A DNA stretch of 64,000 bases from Tricharina praecox (Eukaryota). The notes below the pieces were generated by a model. The model was given only the letters and a program-made list of their open reading frames with translations. It did not search any database and was not told where the DNA came from. The stretch's first letter is position 1; each line of letters starts with the position of its first letter. Both the position numbers and the translations under genes were made by a program. This document shows, piece by piece, positions 34,212 to 46,778 of this stretch. The stretch spans positions 434,001 through 498,000 of the forward strand of contig NW_026250408.1 in assembly GCF_024521635.1 (NCBI RefSeq), given 5' to 3'.

Positions 34212-37200
34212 ATGGACGACGAGGTAATCGTCATTCCCTCTTCACCCCCCGTGTCCGACGAGGTAATCGCCATTTCCTCTTCTCCGCCGGTGCCCGACCA
34301 GACCAATTCGCCCGAAGAAGCGCCGGACGAGCAATGCAAGTCTTCAGCGGCCGACGACGCTCCTCCGGCGGACACGGCCTCTCCCATCGACAGTGCGTAC
34401 GCAACCAAGGCGCCCGGAACAGCTAGGAACAGTTCCGAAGTCGCCGAAGTCCCCGAAGAGTCAATGGTTGTAGACGGCGCCGAAGACGAAGCCATGGTCA
34501 TTCCCGCGGTGACGTCGAAAAAGCGGAAGAGAGACGACGTCAAGGATGTAGAGGCAGAGGCGGAGGCGGAGACTGAGCCTCGGGCGAAAGGCAGAAGCTT
34601 TAGCCATATCCTGCCGCCTGGCAGTGTAAATCCGATGTCGGTGTATGGGCAGAGGCCGGCGCCGAAGAAGCCGGAGCAACTAATCGTGTCGATGCTTCTT
34701 GTAAGTCTTTGCGCTGCGAGATGGCTTGTGGGTGCTGTGTGCTAACCTTGAATAGGCGCAAGAGAGCAAGAACGGCGTCGACAACGACGATAAAACCTAC
34801 TATGAGTACCGCCTGGAAGATTTTAGCTTCTACACCGGTCGCAGCCATATCAAGCCGAAGGAGGGGGCGAGGGATCCGTATCCTTTCAAATACCCGTGGG
34901 AGATGATCAGACTATCGGCAATGAACATCGTGCCGAACATCGAGTATCTCTATGCCGATGGTTTCCTTGTTGGCGAAGATGGTGTGCGACACTACTTTGA
35001 ACGAATGAAGGTTGACGTGTTGTCCGTTAGCTACCGCGACCCTTTCAAGCCACGTGACATACACGTTCAGTCCTCAATGTGTTCGAATAGCAGAAGTGGT
35101 GACACGAGGCTTCGGGATGTCTGGTACAGGTTAGGAACGCCCTCCAAGGAGTACAAGCCATACTACGAGCCATTTCAATGGTTGGCGCAGTTCGGCCTTC
35201 ATTTCTTCGCATTCGTGGAGTCGCAGATGAGGAAGGGCGACGTCTTACTGCGCGACTTCCGTAATTTCGGCGACTGGATGGAGAGGCAGTTCGATAAGCG
35301 GGGTGACAAGGTCGAGGTGGAGACGTTCTTCTTCGGCTGGTGGAATGCGGTGGGGAGTCGTCGCGACTTCCGGAATGACATCACGACCCACAAAGACTGG
35401 CTTTGGAACCAAGTCTACGCTGTCCACGCCTACCGCCGCTTCGCTGATCTCACGCTTTGGAAGGAGACCAGGACGCTGAATGCCATCGCGCCGGCTTACC
35501 CAGGTCGGCACGAGAACCTCACCGTCGTAACACCGTATGTCTATGAGATTTTCAAGGACATGTACGGACCCCATCTGAAGAAAGTTGTACCAGTCCCGGA
35601 CGTGCCTAAGAAGCTCGCCGGCGTCCTTGTGCATAAGAAGCAGAAGGCGAAGACCAACGAGGTCTACGTCCCACGCGTGGGAGACTGCGTGCAGGTCGCC
35701 GTCGAAGAGAAGGGGACATGGTCCAAGAAGGAGAAAACGAAGAGGAGGAAGGGGGTGAAGGGTGTGGTGGTGGACGACGACGAAAAGGAAGAAGAGGAGT
35801 GGTTTGGGTATGTTACGAAGCTGGAAGGCCGGCAAATTAAAATTGTCTGGCTCTACCGGCCTAAGGACACGATTCTGGATGGGGGCCACTATCCGTACAA
35901 GAACGAGGTATGTTTCCTTTTACACTTTGTTTTCATTGATCCAGACATGAAGCGGTCTCGGCTTGCTGCGCGTCTTCGGCTCGGCGTCAGCTCGAGCCTG
36001 CTCGGTTCGTCGGGTCTTCAACTCGAATGTGTGAGCCGAGTCGGCGCGACTCGGCCAAGACCTTGGGTTGAGCTCGTTCTCGAGTCCACAAAGAATGTAC
36101 CCTAGACCGCTCAGCTCACCGGCGGCTGCGCTCTAACCGACTCTGCTCATGTCCACTCCATCCGTTTGTTTACATCTCGCTGAGACTGAATCTAGCTCTT
36201 CTTCTCGGACCATTGCAATTGCGATGAGGATTCAGATCCGCTGTACGCGAAGAACATCGTCCGCAAGATCTCTGTGGTGTTCAATCCGAAAACCACGGAG
36301 GAAATGGAGTCAGCCGAGTACTTCATTCGGCAGAAGGCGCAGGCGACCGATTGCGCCTTCATTTCGCTTTCGAAGAAGGATCTCGAACTCGGCAACTGCC
36401 AATGCACGGACCCTGACGATGACGACACGATACTTCCCAACCTCTATCACAAGCTCAAGAAGCAGTTTCCTGTAGGATCAACAGTGCTTTACACTCCCGA
36501 AGGCAAGGACGTCAAGTTGCTCGAGCCCGGAGTGGTTTTCGCTCTTGACGACTCGACAATGGGTATCACACTCAGGAAATTGGTCCGCGCGCCGGGGGTG
36601 GTTCCGGGGGCGAAACCCAACCAGCTGTTGTGGACCCAGGAAACTGCCTACTTGCATTGCGGCATCATCGGTAACATCAAGCGTAGATGTTACATCGCTG
36701 TTCTCCGGGACGACGCCAGACCCGAGACACCTTACGATCGCGATGGGATTGGTGAGCTCTTTTACATTTCTGGGGCCCTGGACTCAGAAGGCAATACCAT
36801 CCCTGTGCCCGAGCTTGGTCAGGACGAGTTTCGAGAAGGGTGGAGTCTCACGGATGAGCTCCCTAAAGATAAGCCCGTCCTCAGAGGTATGGACCTGTTC
36901 TGTGGAGGAGGCAATTTCGGACGAGGTCTAGAGGAAGGAGGTGTTGTGCAGATGAAGTGGGCTGTTGATTTCGACAAGAACCCCCTTCACTCGTACAGAG
37001 CCAACCTGAACAATCTGGACGACACGAAACTTTATCTTGGTAGCATCAACAACTACCTTGAGGATGCCATCTGTGGACGATACTCCGAAAAGACAGGTAT
37101 CCCCGGGAAAGACGAGGTGGACTTCATCAGCGCTGGATCCCCCTGCCAAGGGTTCTCACTGGCGAACAACTGCCGGACCAGCTTCGGCGCTCAACGCAAG

Positions 37201-38979
37201 CAGAGTCTGGTGTGTTCCCTAGCCACTGCTATCGATGTGTACCGACCCACGTACGCCATTCTGGAAAACGTGCACGGCATCGCGACTTCACGAATCCGGA
37301 ATGGAAAGCAAGAGAACACGTATACGGAGATGCTCTGTGCGATCGTCGGCATGGGCTACCAGATCCAATCCTTCTTTTGCGACGCCTGGTCCCACGGGAA
37401 CCCCCAGAGCAGGACTCGGCTGATCCTCGCCATCTCCAAGACCGGATACAAGGCCCTTGACCGGCCACCCCGGAGTCACCAGCACAGCCCCAACGCGAAG
37501 TCCCAGGCTTTGTACTCGGCGCCGAACGGGGCACGGTTCGGACGCCGCGAGATCGGCGAGCTGACGCCGTTTCCGTATTTGACTACGGAGGTCGCCTGGG
37601 CACACCTGCCCAATATCGGAAACGGACACGTTGGCCTATCGATTCGCTACCCGGACCACACCTGTGCCGGCGCCAACGACACAACAATAAGATTGCTGAT
37701 GTCCCATGTGCCTCGGTTTATGGCAAACAATTCGTGGCGGGTAGCGATCGACAGTGGTCGTCTCCACCCAGTGCTCCAAACATTCAACCAGGTCGGTGAG
37801 AAGGGGACGGCCGTCAGCAGGACATATAGCAGAGTCTTTAGAAGTGGCCTTTGCCGCACGATCACTACGACGCCGACTCCTCAGTGCTCGAGAACCGGTC
37901 GCTGGATGCATTCGGACGAGAACCGTCTTCTAACGATCCAGGAAGCTAGGATCGCTCAGGGCTATCCGGAAGACGACGTGCTCGCCGGTGCTCCCTCCAA
38001 CAAGCTCCATGTCATAGGAAACTCAGTGGCTCGAGGAGTGTCACTAGCTCTAGGAATCGCTGTTAGAGAAGCCTACCTAGAGAGTTTTATGGATGAGGTG
38101 CATGGTGCGATAAACAATGCGACGGACTGCGACAAAACCGATGGTGTTCTAGAGTTAGAGTTGGCCATCGGAGCCGTCGAACCTGTCGATGTCGACGCCG
38201 CTGCCGCTGCCGAGCAGGCCCTCCAGGCCGATGCACAGAATGATATGGATAAGTGTGTACTTCCATCCATCAGTTCGGACACGGATCCTATGGACCTAGA
38301 CCCTGACGACGCCGTCGCCGAACACACCCAGCCCGCCGAAAATGAGGACCAAGTGCCTGCTGACGACGCCGTCGCCGAAGATATCCAGCCCGCCGAAAAT
38401 GAGGAGCAGCTGCCTGCCGACGACGCCACCGCCGGAGACGTCCAGCACGCCGAAAACGAGGATCAGATTGTTGCCGACGAAGTCAACGGTCATAATGCTG
38501 CTCCTGGCGATGACAGCACCATTCTTTCCGCCGAAAACGAGGAACAGCAGCCGGCCGACGAAGTCAACGGTCATAATTCTGTCTCTCGCGACGACAGCAC
38601 CATGCCTGCCGAGGAAGCTAATGATCATAATTCTGTCTCTGGAGATGGCAGTACCTTATTTGTTGACGAAGCCAACGGTCATACTACCGCCTCTGGCGAC
38701 GACAACACCATGCTTACCAACGACGCCCCCACCAACCACGTCCAGCCCTCTGAAAATTCGGACCAACTACCTACCTACGAAGCCATCCCCCATACTGCCC
38801 CCTCTGCCTCTGGCGACGACAGCATCCTTTCCCTGCGCAACGACGCAGACGAGAGCATGTGGGCCGGCGAGCCGTCGGAGGACACCTTTTTCGGGCGCAA
38901 GGAGTACGGTGGCGGCGATGATGACGAGTTGGATCTTCTCGATGCCGACGGTGAAGATGATGAGGAATTCTCGATCTGA
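34212..38979 (+). CDS. dim-2: DIM-2-type DNA (cytosine-5) methyltransferase with BAH domains (introns 34701-34755 and 35908-36195)
   Basis: BAH region (WFGYV...VWLYRPKDT...YPYKNE|LFFSDHCNC), motif I LRGMDLFCGGGNFGRGLEEGG, catalytic SAGSPCQGFS, ILENV, PQSRTRL, RLLTIQEARIAQGYP, IGNSVAR. Exon phases are consistent. Confidence 0.93.
35942..36155. mobile_element. Degenerate MITE-like insertion in dim-2 intron 2
   Basis: Imperfect inverted ends: CAGACATGAAGCGGTCTCGG versus the reverse complement of the right end, TGGACATGAGCAGAGTCGG. The interior is rich in CTCGG/CCGAG/CTCGA. The intron is 288 bp, whereas most introns here are ~50-80 bp. No clear TSD. Confidence 0.5.
38305..38830 (+). repeat. Coding tandem repeats in the acidic DIM-2 C-terminal tail
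   Basis: Three 57-bp units (DDAVAE..QPAENE.Q.PA) at 38305-38475, followed by several DE.NGH....GDDST-like units. Confidence 0.9.
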
Positions 38980-40207
38980 TCTGATCTGAGTGATGACGAG
39001 ATGAGATGAGACGAGATGAGACGGGGATATGTGAATGTATGTTGTATGAATACGTCTGTTAATTTTTGAGTTTCTTGTAAGGTTTTGCTGTTCTGGTTTT
39101 TTTCTTCTTTTCTGAGGGGATTTCTTTCAGCGTTTTTACGGGGGATCTACTTCGGTTATTCTGGTCTTTTTTTTTGTTTGGTTTTTTTTGACTGGAGTAC
39201 CGCCTGTATTGAAGAGTTCCAGTGTTTCGAGTACCCACCTGGTCCGGTTGCGTGTTGCGAGTGGTTTTTCTGTGTAGATGTTTGATACCATACCCTCTTA
39301 GCTTCTGTTTCTTGGCTTCTGTTTCTTAGCTTTTGTTTTCATTTCTTCATTTCTTCTGTTCTTTTACTTCTTTTTCTTCGATTCTTCAGCTGTACATCTT
39401 CAGGCTAGAGTATTCACCAAGTATTTACGTCGGCGACAATGTTGAAACTTGAATGGAGCGGTGGGATTTCTGGTCACTTTACGGCTCTATCATGTCATCT
39501 GTGTACAATTTCGGGATGCGTCAGTGGGTGTGTAGACGTGGGGTAAACAAGCCACAAGCTACAAGCTAAAGAACAGCCCCATTAGTCCTCTGTTTTACCT
39601 TTACTTTTACTTTTACTTTTAGGGGTATCCCACGCCCGCAACGTGCGCGTGGGCATCCAAACGACCATATGCTTCCTATGTAACTCCCGGCCTGTCCACC
39701 GTCCGGTAATCCCCCGGCGGGCCCGAAACTTATGGTCATGGACTCCCGAGGTGGAAGGTGCTCAACTCAGTCAGCTACATACCAGGTAGATACTCGTAGA
39801 TACTCGTAGGTGCCTACCTAGATATAAGTATGTGCCTAGGTACCGGGTGTGAGAATCTCGAAACACTCTACCTACCTACCTAGTATGTACCGGTACAGGC
39901 CTTGCTGTCAGGAATTCTATATACACGCCTTTTGGCTATCCTTCTAGCTATCGATACGGAGATATGTGCGGATAGGATTGTGGTGGAACTCGGGAGAACT
40001 GTACACTGCATAGAGGAGGAGGGCTGCGTCATGGATATCACTCAACTCTAGTGCTTCGAATCGTAGTGGCATAGCGGTGTTTTCCGCAGCGATATACAGC
40101 CATCATTTCGGCCACTATTTTCCAACAAGTTTCCTCCACCGTCCACGAATTATCTGTCCATTTCTCTGTCTGCAGCCATGCCAACAACTTTCATCCCCCT
40201 TCCCCCA

Positions 40208-41007
40208 CTAAGAAAACTCCTTCCGATCCGTCAACGGAACATACATAACACCATGACTCTTCTTTTTTGTGACCTTTCCCTCTTCATCCTTATCCACCTC
40301 CCAAACCCACTGCCCCGCAGTGCCTCCCCCCTCGCCCTCGCCCCCATCCCCATCACAAACAGGAATAAACAACCTCCCGCCCCTCCCCAGCTGATTGACC
40401 AGCGTGTCCACAACGCCCCACCCATCCGCCGCAGCGCCGACATGAATAGCATCGTACGGGGCCTCGGGCGCATAGCCCTGGCGGCCGTCGGCGGTCACGG
40501 CCTGGATCCGCCCGTCCGACAGCATTGCGGCGGTTGCGGGGGAGCGCCGCAGGTTTGAGGTTGCCAAAGAGGTTAGTTGCGGGATGTGCTCGATGCCGAT
40601 TACTTTGCCGCCCGGGGGCTGGGGGAGGGGGGGGGGTCAGTGGAGGAGTGAGAGAGGGATGGGGAAAGTACGAGAAGATGTCCGATCACAGCAAGAAGAT
40701 ACCCGCTGCCGCAGCCGACGTCGAGGACCCTCACTCCCCTGCCCTCCTTTTCCCCCACCTTCCCCCTTCTCTCGCCAGTTATGTAAGGCAACAGCGCCTC
40801 CAGCGCATAAACATGCATATGCGGCGCGGAGATAGTAGCGTCGTATCCGATGCGCTGCGGGGCGTCGGCGTAGGGCGCGTGCGGACAGAAGTGTGCGCGG
40901 TCGGTGGCGAGCATGGCCGCTGCCAGCGCGCGCGACGTCAGCAGCCCGTTGCGAGACAGGTTGTTGATTAGTTCGCTGTTTGTGTGTCCGGTGGAACGCC
41001 AGGACAT
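40208..41007 (-). CDS. PCM1: Protein-L-isoaspartate O-methyltransferase (one intron, ~40619-40671)
   Basis: MSWRSTGHTNSELINNL, IGYDATISAPHMH, RVLDVGCGSGYL, KVIGIEHIPQL, DGRQGYAPEAPYDAIHVGAAA, GVMYVPLTD. Confidence 0.93.
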
Positions 41008-41621
41008 TTTTGCTGTGGTTATTGTGGTTGTGAAAATGGGAGCTGGGGGGTTGCTGGTGGCGAGAGCTGTCGAGATGTGGAATGTGGAATGTGGGGAAGC
41101 TGTCAAATGTATATACCTATCGTACATACATGACAGACAGACGTCATGCATATGCACGAGTGCGTCCCCAGTCCACTAGGATTGAGGGCGGGGGTGCATG
41201 TGATTGATGGTGGAGTTCAGTGCACACGTTCGGTCTCACTCGGCATGTTCGTGAATACGGTAAATAGCCAGCCCAAAAGATTAGGTACCTTGATATGCAA
41301 CACTCACTGCTCTTGCTCCTGCGCCCGCCCGCCAGGGCCTACCAGCGAGTATTGTTGTTTCTATGGCAAAAGGTCAGGCAAAGCATGTAGACAAAAAGGA
41401 ACGCAAAGAAGAAGAAGAGAGTACACATGAAAGGGAAGAAACACCATGCCAGTAATCCAAATACAAAGCGAAAGGAGAAAAAAAAGGAAAAAGGAAAGAA
41501 AGAAAAGAAAGAAAAGAAAGCCCGTAAGAGAAAAGAATCGGAAGCGAAAGGAAAAATATGTCTACATGCAGGTAGACGATGATGATGACGATGACGACGA
41601 CGATGATACTAACAACGATGC

Positions 41622-42909
41622 TTATACCGCCCTCTCGGGCTGCTCATTCTCCGCGACGACCGCGACACCAAGGCCACGATCGGGACTCGCCAGCACCAAC
41701 TGCTCCATACGGCGAGCTCTCAAGAAGTCACCGACCGCACGGATCAGAATGAACCAACCGACGACCATCAGCACATAACTCAGCCACTCATTCCGCCCCA
41801 AGCTTGTATCTGCCCCCGCCGGATCCGTCGCCGAGTCCGTCGCTCCCTGGAAATTGTAGGCGTTCGGGTCCCCCGGCGAGGTTTCGGGCGGCGGAGAGCC
41901 AGTGGTCGCATCGCCATCGTCCGAACGTCCGCGCATCATGAAGCCAAACTGAACTAGTGTGATTCCGAGCCCAGCGCGGGATCCGTTCTTGGCTGCGTGC
42001 GTCGTGTGCAGGAGGTAGGTGAGGAGGAAACCGACGAGCTGGAACGACATGGAGACTGTTTGTTTGTTACTCTCGATTAGCTATCCATTTCCCCATACTC
42101 TCCCCGTAGAAACTCCTCGGTTCGGGCCCTTACTCAAACAATTCCAGACGAACGCGAAAACCGAGCCGACCGGTAGCCCATCGATGAACACCTCGTCGCT
42201 GGCCATTCCAGGGGTGAGGATCGTCGTCTCCCAGTAAGGAGGTGTAGCGTCAGCCGCAGCCTGCTCGTACGTCTATCACCAGCAGCATCAACATCGTCAG
42301 CCCCGGCCGCTCGCGCACCCCATCTCATCTCATAGAAAACCCCTCATACCGGCGGATGTTCCTCCAACTTCTCACCGACGGTCGGCTTCGCGCTCAAATT
42401 CGCAAAAACACCATCGGTCTGGCCCCCACCGACCCTCCTCCCGGACGGCGCCGCAACATTATACACCGGCCTCATTGTGTTCGTCGCCGCGGTCGCCGCG
42501 GACGACGGCACGAGCGGCTGCGACTCCTGAAAATTCGCATTACTGGCGGAGCGGTTATGGTTTCTCATGTCGTGGTCGGCGTCATCGTCCTCGTCGTCGC
42601 TGGGGGCGTCGAACGAGTCGGCCAGATCCGGATTGTGCTGCGCGATGGCGGGCGAGACGGGGCGCGAGTAGGCGGGCGGAGAGCTCATGATCGATGCTGC
42701 TGGCGGTGAGGAGGTGATGGGTGCGCTCGTGTTTGTGGGAGGAGCTATCACGCCGTGCACGTCGAGATCCTCGTCGTCGGCATGGTCGATCTGTGGGTGG
42801 AAAATGAAATGCGTGCGTCAGCGTCTTCGGTTCGGCAGGCTGGAAGCTCCGACGCAGCTCTCCGACGACGACGACCAATGTCACTCACCCTCTCGTAGCG
42901 GTGGCTCAT
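41622..42909 (-). CDS. BSD2: Metal homeostasis / Rsp5 adaptor Bsd2 (NDFIP family), multi-exon
   Basis: DGVFANLSAKP, HPP|TYEQAAADATPPYWETTI (PY-type motifs), GLPVGSVFAFVWN, SFQLVGFLLTYLLHTTHAAKNGSRAGLGITL. Confidence 0.9.
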
Positions 42910-43671
42910 ACCGAGCGATCGAAGGTTTATTGTTTTTGTTTTGGATTTTCTGTTGACGAGAGGAAAGGCGAAATAAGACCGGGGCGCAGAAGGATTACGG
43001 AAAAAAGAGAAAGGAAGAAAACAAAAAGGTGGGTGTGTCGTGTCGACGGTATCTGGTTGGAAACAGGAGAAGTTGAGGGGCAAAGTCAGGGCGAAGGTGA
43101 TGTCGCGCTTAGCTCAGCGGGTTTGGGGGGAAGACAGCCATTTACCCTTTGGGCGCTGCGCCACAACACCAAGACTCAGGCACGGGTCAATAAGCCGGCC
43201 GGAAACCTTGAAGGACGCGATTCGAGTGAACGCTTGGAATTCATGAGCACTCGGCGACGAAGGAGCAAGAACACCAGAGAATCCCACGCAACAAAAAGAG
43301 AATATAAATAAGAAGTATATCCCACACTGTCTGTCCGACTGACTGGTGTGTCGTCATCTAAATACCAGAAAGAGCCAACACACACACACACACACACACA
43401 CAAGATCCCCTAGAAAGCACCGTAGGAAAACGAAATGAACAGAATTGAAGGAGCAGCAGCAGCCGTTGACACTTATAGAAAGAACCCCTCCCAACACAGT
43501 CAAGAAATCTCGGAACGCCATTCGGAAAAAAAGAAAAGGAAAAGGAAAAGGGACGCAAGGGAAAAGCAACTCTACAAGTACATGTGGCCCGATCAAGAGA
43601 TCCCACGAAGCACGGGTCCACCGACTGTGCTTCGGAAGCCGCAGCAAGCAATGGCCGAAAGGGATGCTCTC

Positions 43672-45273
43672 CTAATGGGGATGAACATCTTTGGACTGTG
43701 CAACAGCAAGGGCATACCTCTCTCGTTCCTCCTTTTCCTTCTCCAGCTTTTCCTTCTCCTTCTTGGTGATCCTCGGCTTACGCGCGGTAGTCGCGGGAGC
43801 TCGAGTCGTCGCAGTACCGCCGCCGCGGCCACCACGGCCGCGACCTCTACCTCTCTTGACGGTACCATCGGCCCTGAAGCCCAAGTTAGTATGAGTAGCA
43901 TAAAAAAGAAAAGAAAAAGGCATGCGGTGCGCCAGCAACATACCTCTCGATCAGAGGCTTCTCTCCCTCGGGAACCAACGGGCCGCTGTACACGAAAAAG
44001 CCATCCTTGGAAGAAGCAGCCTGCTCCTCCCACATCATCTCCGAGTCGTCAATGAAGGGATCCTCCTTGTCGTAGATGTCCTGATATCTCCTCTTTTTGC
44101 GCTGCTTGGAGCTCTCACTGGCAGCTTCTCCGGTTCCTCCCATCTCCACGTTCGACTCAGACTCGGACCCATCCACCGCCATTTCATCTCCACTGTCCAT
44201 CATCATTTTCGCCTTGGCAAGCCTCGGGTTCAATGCCGCCCATCCGTACTTCTCCTCCGCCAATTTGGCAAAGTCGATGTACCTATTCGTTTCTCCCTCG
44301 AGTGGGAAATTTAGGTAGATGTTCGGTACACGAAACTCGTCATCCTGGTTTCCTCCACCCATGCCCGGCAGAGCGTTTCCAAGCAGTCCACCCCCCGATC
44401 CCGCCTGACGAGCCGGCTTCGGAGAAGGAGCCTTCGAACTGTTGGCCGTGGAAGTATTATTATTCGTAGTAGTATTAGTCGTAGTGGCCGCCTTCAACAT
44501 GGGCGAATTTTCGGTCCCTTCCTTCTTGAGCCTCTTGTTGTTGTTGGTACTGCTAGTACTACTATTGTTGCCGTTCGGATCCTCGACGAAATTAGATGTG
44601 GGCTGGGCACCAGACGTCCTAGGCTTCTTGGCCGGCGGGTCAGCATTGATTAAGGAAGCAATTGACGGCGAGGCCGAAGCGCGATGTCCGAATTTCGTCG
44701 AGCCTGCAACGGCGGCGGAGGTGGGAGTGCTATTGTTGCCGGCCGAGGAGCGAGGGATCGGATCAAACGGAGGTTGCAGATGCCCCGATCTGGGAGTGTG
44801 ATTTCCCAAATTTCTATTTTCCGGAGCGCCACCTTCGGAGTCCGAATCAGTGAGTTCGATCACTTCCGCATGGCGAGACGGTAATGCGCGTTGTTGCTGT
44901 TGTTGCTGTAGTAGTTGTTGTTGTGGGGATGAAGCTTCTGTGTTGCGATATCTTTCGTTAGCATCATGTAGCGCAGTCGCGCGAGCGTAGTTTGTGTAGC
45001 GGGAAGGGACGGGGTTGAGTTGGGGTGGGTTGAGTTGGGTTGGGGTGGGATGGGGGTGGAGGGAAGGGTAAACTAAACACCATGAGAAAGATTGTGGTGA
45101 CGCTGGAACGGTGAGGCGTGGCTGGTATTGCTACCACCACCCCCATCGTTGCGCGTCAGGAGTGCGTGGTTGGGACTTCCAATACCGCCATGGACGGCAG
45201 GGGTGTTTGGGGAGCTGGCGTTTGGGTGGTGACGGTGCTTCGCGGACGGGCTACCAAACGAAGCCGAAGACAT
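43672..45273 (-). CDS. HPC2: HIR complex subunit Hpc2 (HUN/HRD domain); 3' end uncertain
   Basis: YIDFAKLAEEKYGWAALNPRLA and YDKEDPFIDDSEMMWEEQAASSKDGFFVYSGPL, followed by KRGRGRGRGG. Confidence 0.85.
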
Positions 45274-46696
45274 CACGGCGTCGGCGTGAGGAAAAGAAAA
45301 AGAAAGAAAGGGAAGGAAGGAAGAAGAAAGAAAGCGTGATAGCCTCTCGTCGGACGGGAGAGTGCTGTTCTCGCTACTCTGCCAGTCTGCACCGGAGATC
45401 AAGCTGCGTGACGAACGAGCGCAACTTCAACTCTGGCGTCGAGCGTGGAGTGTGGAGCGTGGAGCGTGACAGCAAACAATCAGGAGGGAGACGAGGATCT
45501 TGGGAGGGAGCAAAGACGAAGAGTCAAAAGGACCCCGAGAACCGTAGAGACGGTGGCGGTAGTTGGGGATAGGTTGAAGGGCAGAGTGTGGAGGCAGTGG
45601 GGGGACGGGGGGTTGAATATGGGGGGATCGTGATGATGAAGAGTGTAGTTTTCTGGGGGGTGAGGGAGGAAGGAGGAAGAGAGGGAGAGAGGGCGAGATG
45701 GAAGGGGACTTTTCGGTCAAGGGATACGGTGGTGGGTTTTCTTTTAATTTTTAAAGACAAGCAACACAGTTGAGAACTTTCGGCCTCAGCAGCTTTGGAA
45801 CGGGGGGTGGGAAATTGAAAAGGACGGGCACTGGACGGTGGGCGGTGGGCGGTGGACGGTGGCAGGCGAGTCTTGGGAGAGGGAGGCCGGAACTGGGGGG
45901 AGCCAGCACGCAGCTTGCTTTGCTCTCTGCTCATGCTTTGCTTCTTACCTAGGCGGCGGCGGACGATTGATGGGTTAAGGGTGGTGGTGGAAGGTAGTAT
46001 GGGGTGCGGTCAGGTAGGCGGGATCGGAGGAACGGGGATTGTGATATTGCAGAGTGATCCGGTGGTGGGGGAGAGGGGGGTGGGGGATGCGAAGAGGGAG
46101 GCTCGAAGATCAAGCGGAAGGTCCCCAATGAGAGTGTGAAGACCCATTGAAGCTGGAGAACAGCTTCGTGACATGGAGGAATAGCTCATGGAGGGCTGTG
46201 GGGAGGAGGTGGAAAGCAGAGACGACGCCGAGACGCAGGCTGGCCAGCAGATGTGGCGCTGGATATGTCCAAAGGCCTGGGCTTTTCCTCTGTCGGTGGC
46301 TGCAAGACATCATCATCACACGCATCGCTTCTGGAACACGCTGAATGGCCGGTGGATGGATTTTCTCTTCTCCGTCACCGTGGTCGATGTGCGTTCGGCC
46401 TCTGGGCGAGGAGGAAGGGGACGAACAAACGAAGATGAGCTCTGCGATGGTTCACGGTACCTAGAGTACCTACTGGGTGAGTCAGGCCTAAACGAGGCTG
46501 CCGCGGGCAGTGGTAGAGCGAAACAAGGCTGAAACGCGGCATCCAGCATGGAGTGGGGGGAACATGCCAGAGCAGAGGAGAGCATGGTAGAGTAGAGTAG
46601 TGCCTGAGAGCCAAGACCGTGCGAATCCATTGGACGCGCGCACTGCTCGACTCCAGCAAGTCGCCGAAAGCGTCCCCACGGATTGGGGTCCATACG

Positions 46697-46778
46697 TCTC
46701 ATGCCCAGTCTGGGGGTCGGCGTGGTTTCTCGTTTCTCATGCCCAGTCTGGGGGTCGGCGTGGTTTCTCGTTTCTCAT
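46697..46778. repeat. Perfect 38-bp tandem duplication
   Basis: TCTCATGCCCAGTCTGGGGGTCGGCGTGGTTTCTCGTT x2, plus TCTCAT. Confidence 0.95.

Noticed and set aside
40600..40671. Apparent frameshift at the poly-G tract in the isoaspartyl methyltransferase gene
   Set aside because: Resolved by a normal GT..CTGAC..CAG intron giving GHLL|PPGGKVIG.
3045..45273. SMC6 + NYN + dim-2 + HPC2 as a genome-defence gene cluster
   Set aside because: Dispersed over 40 kb among unrelated housekeeping genes; nothing in the sequence links them.
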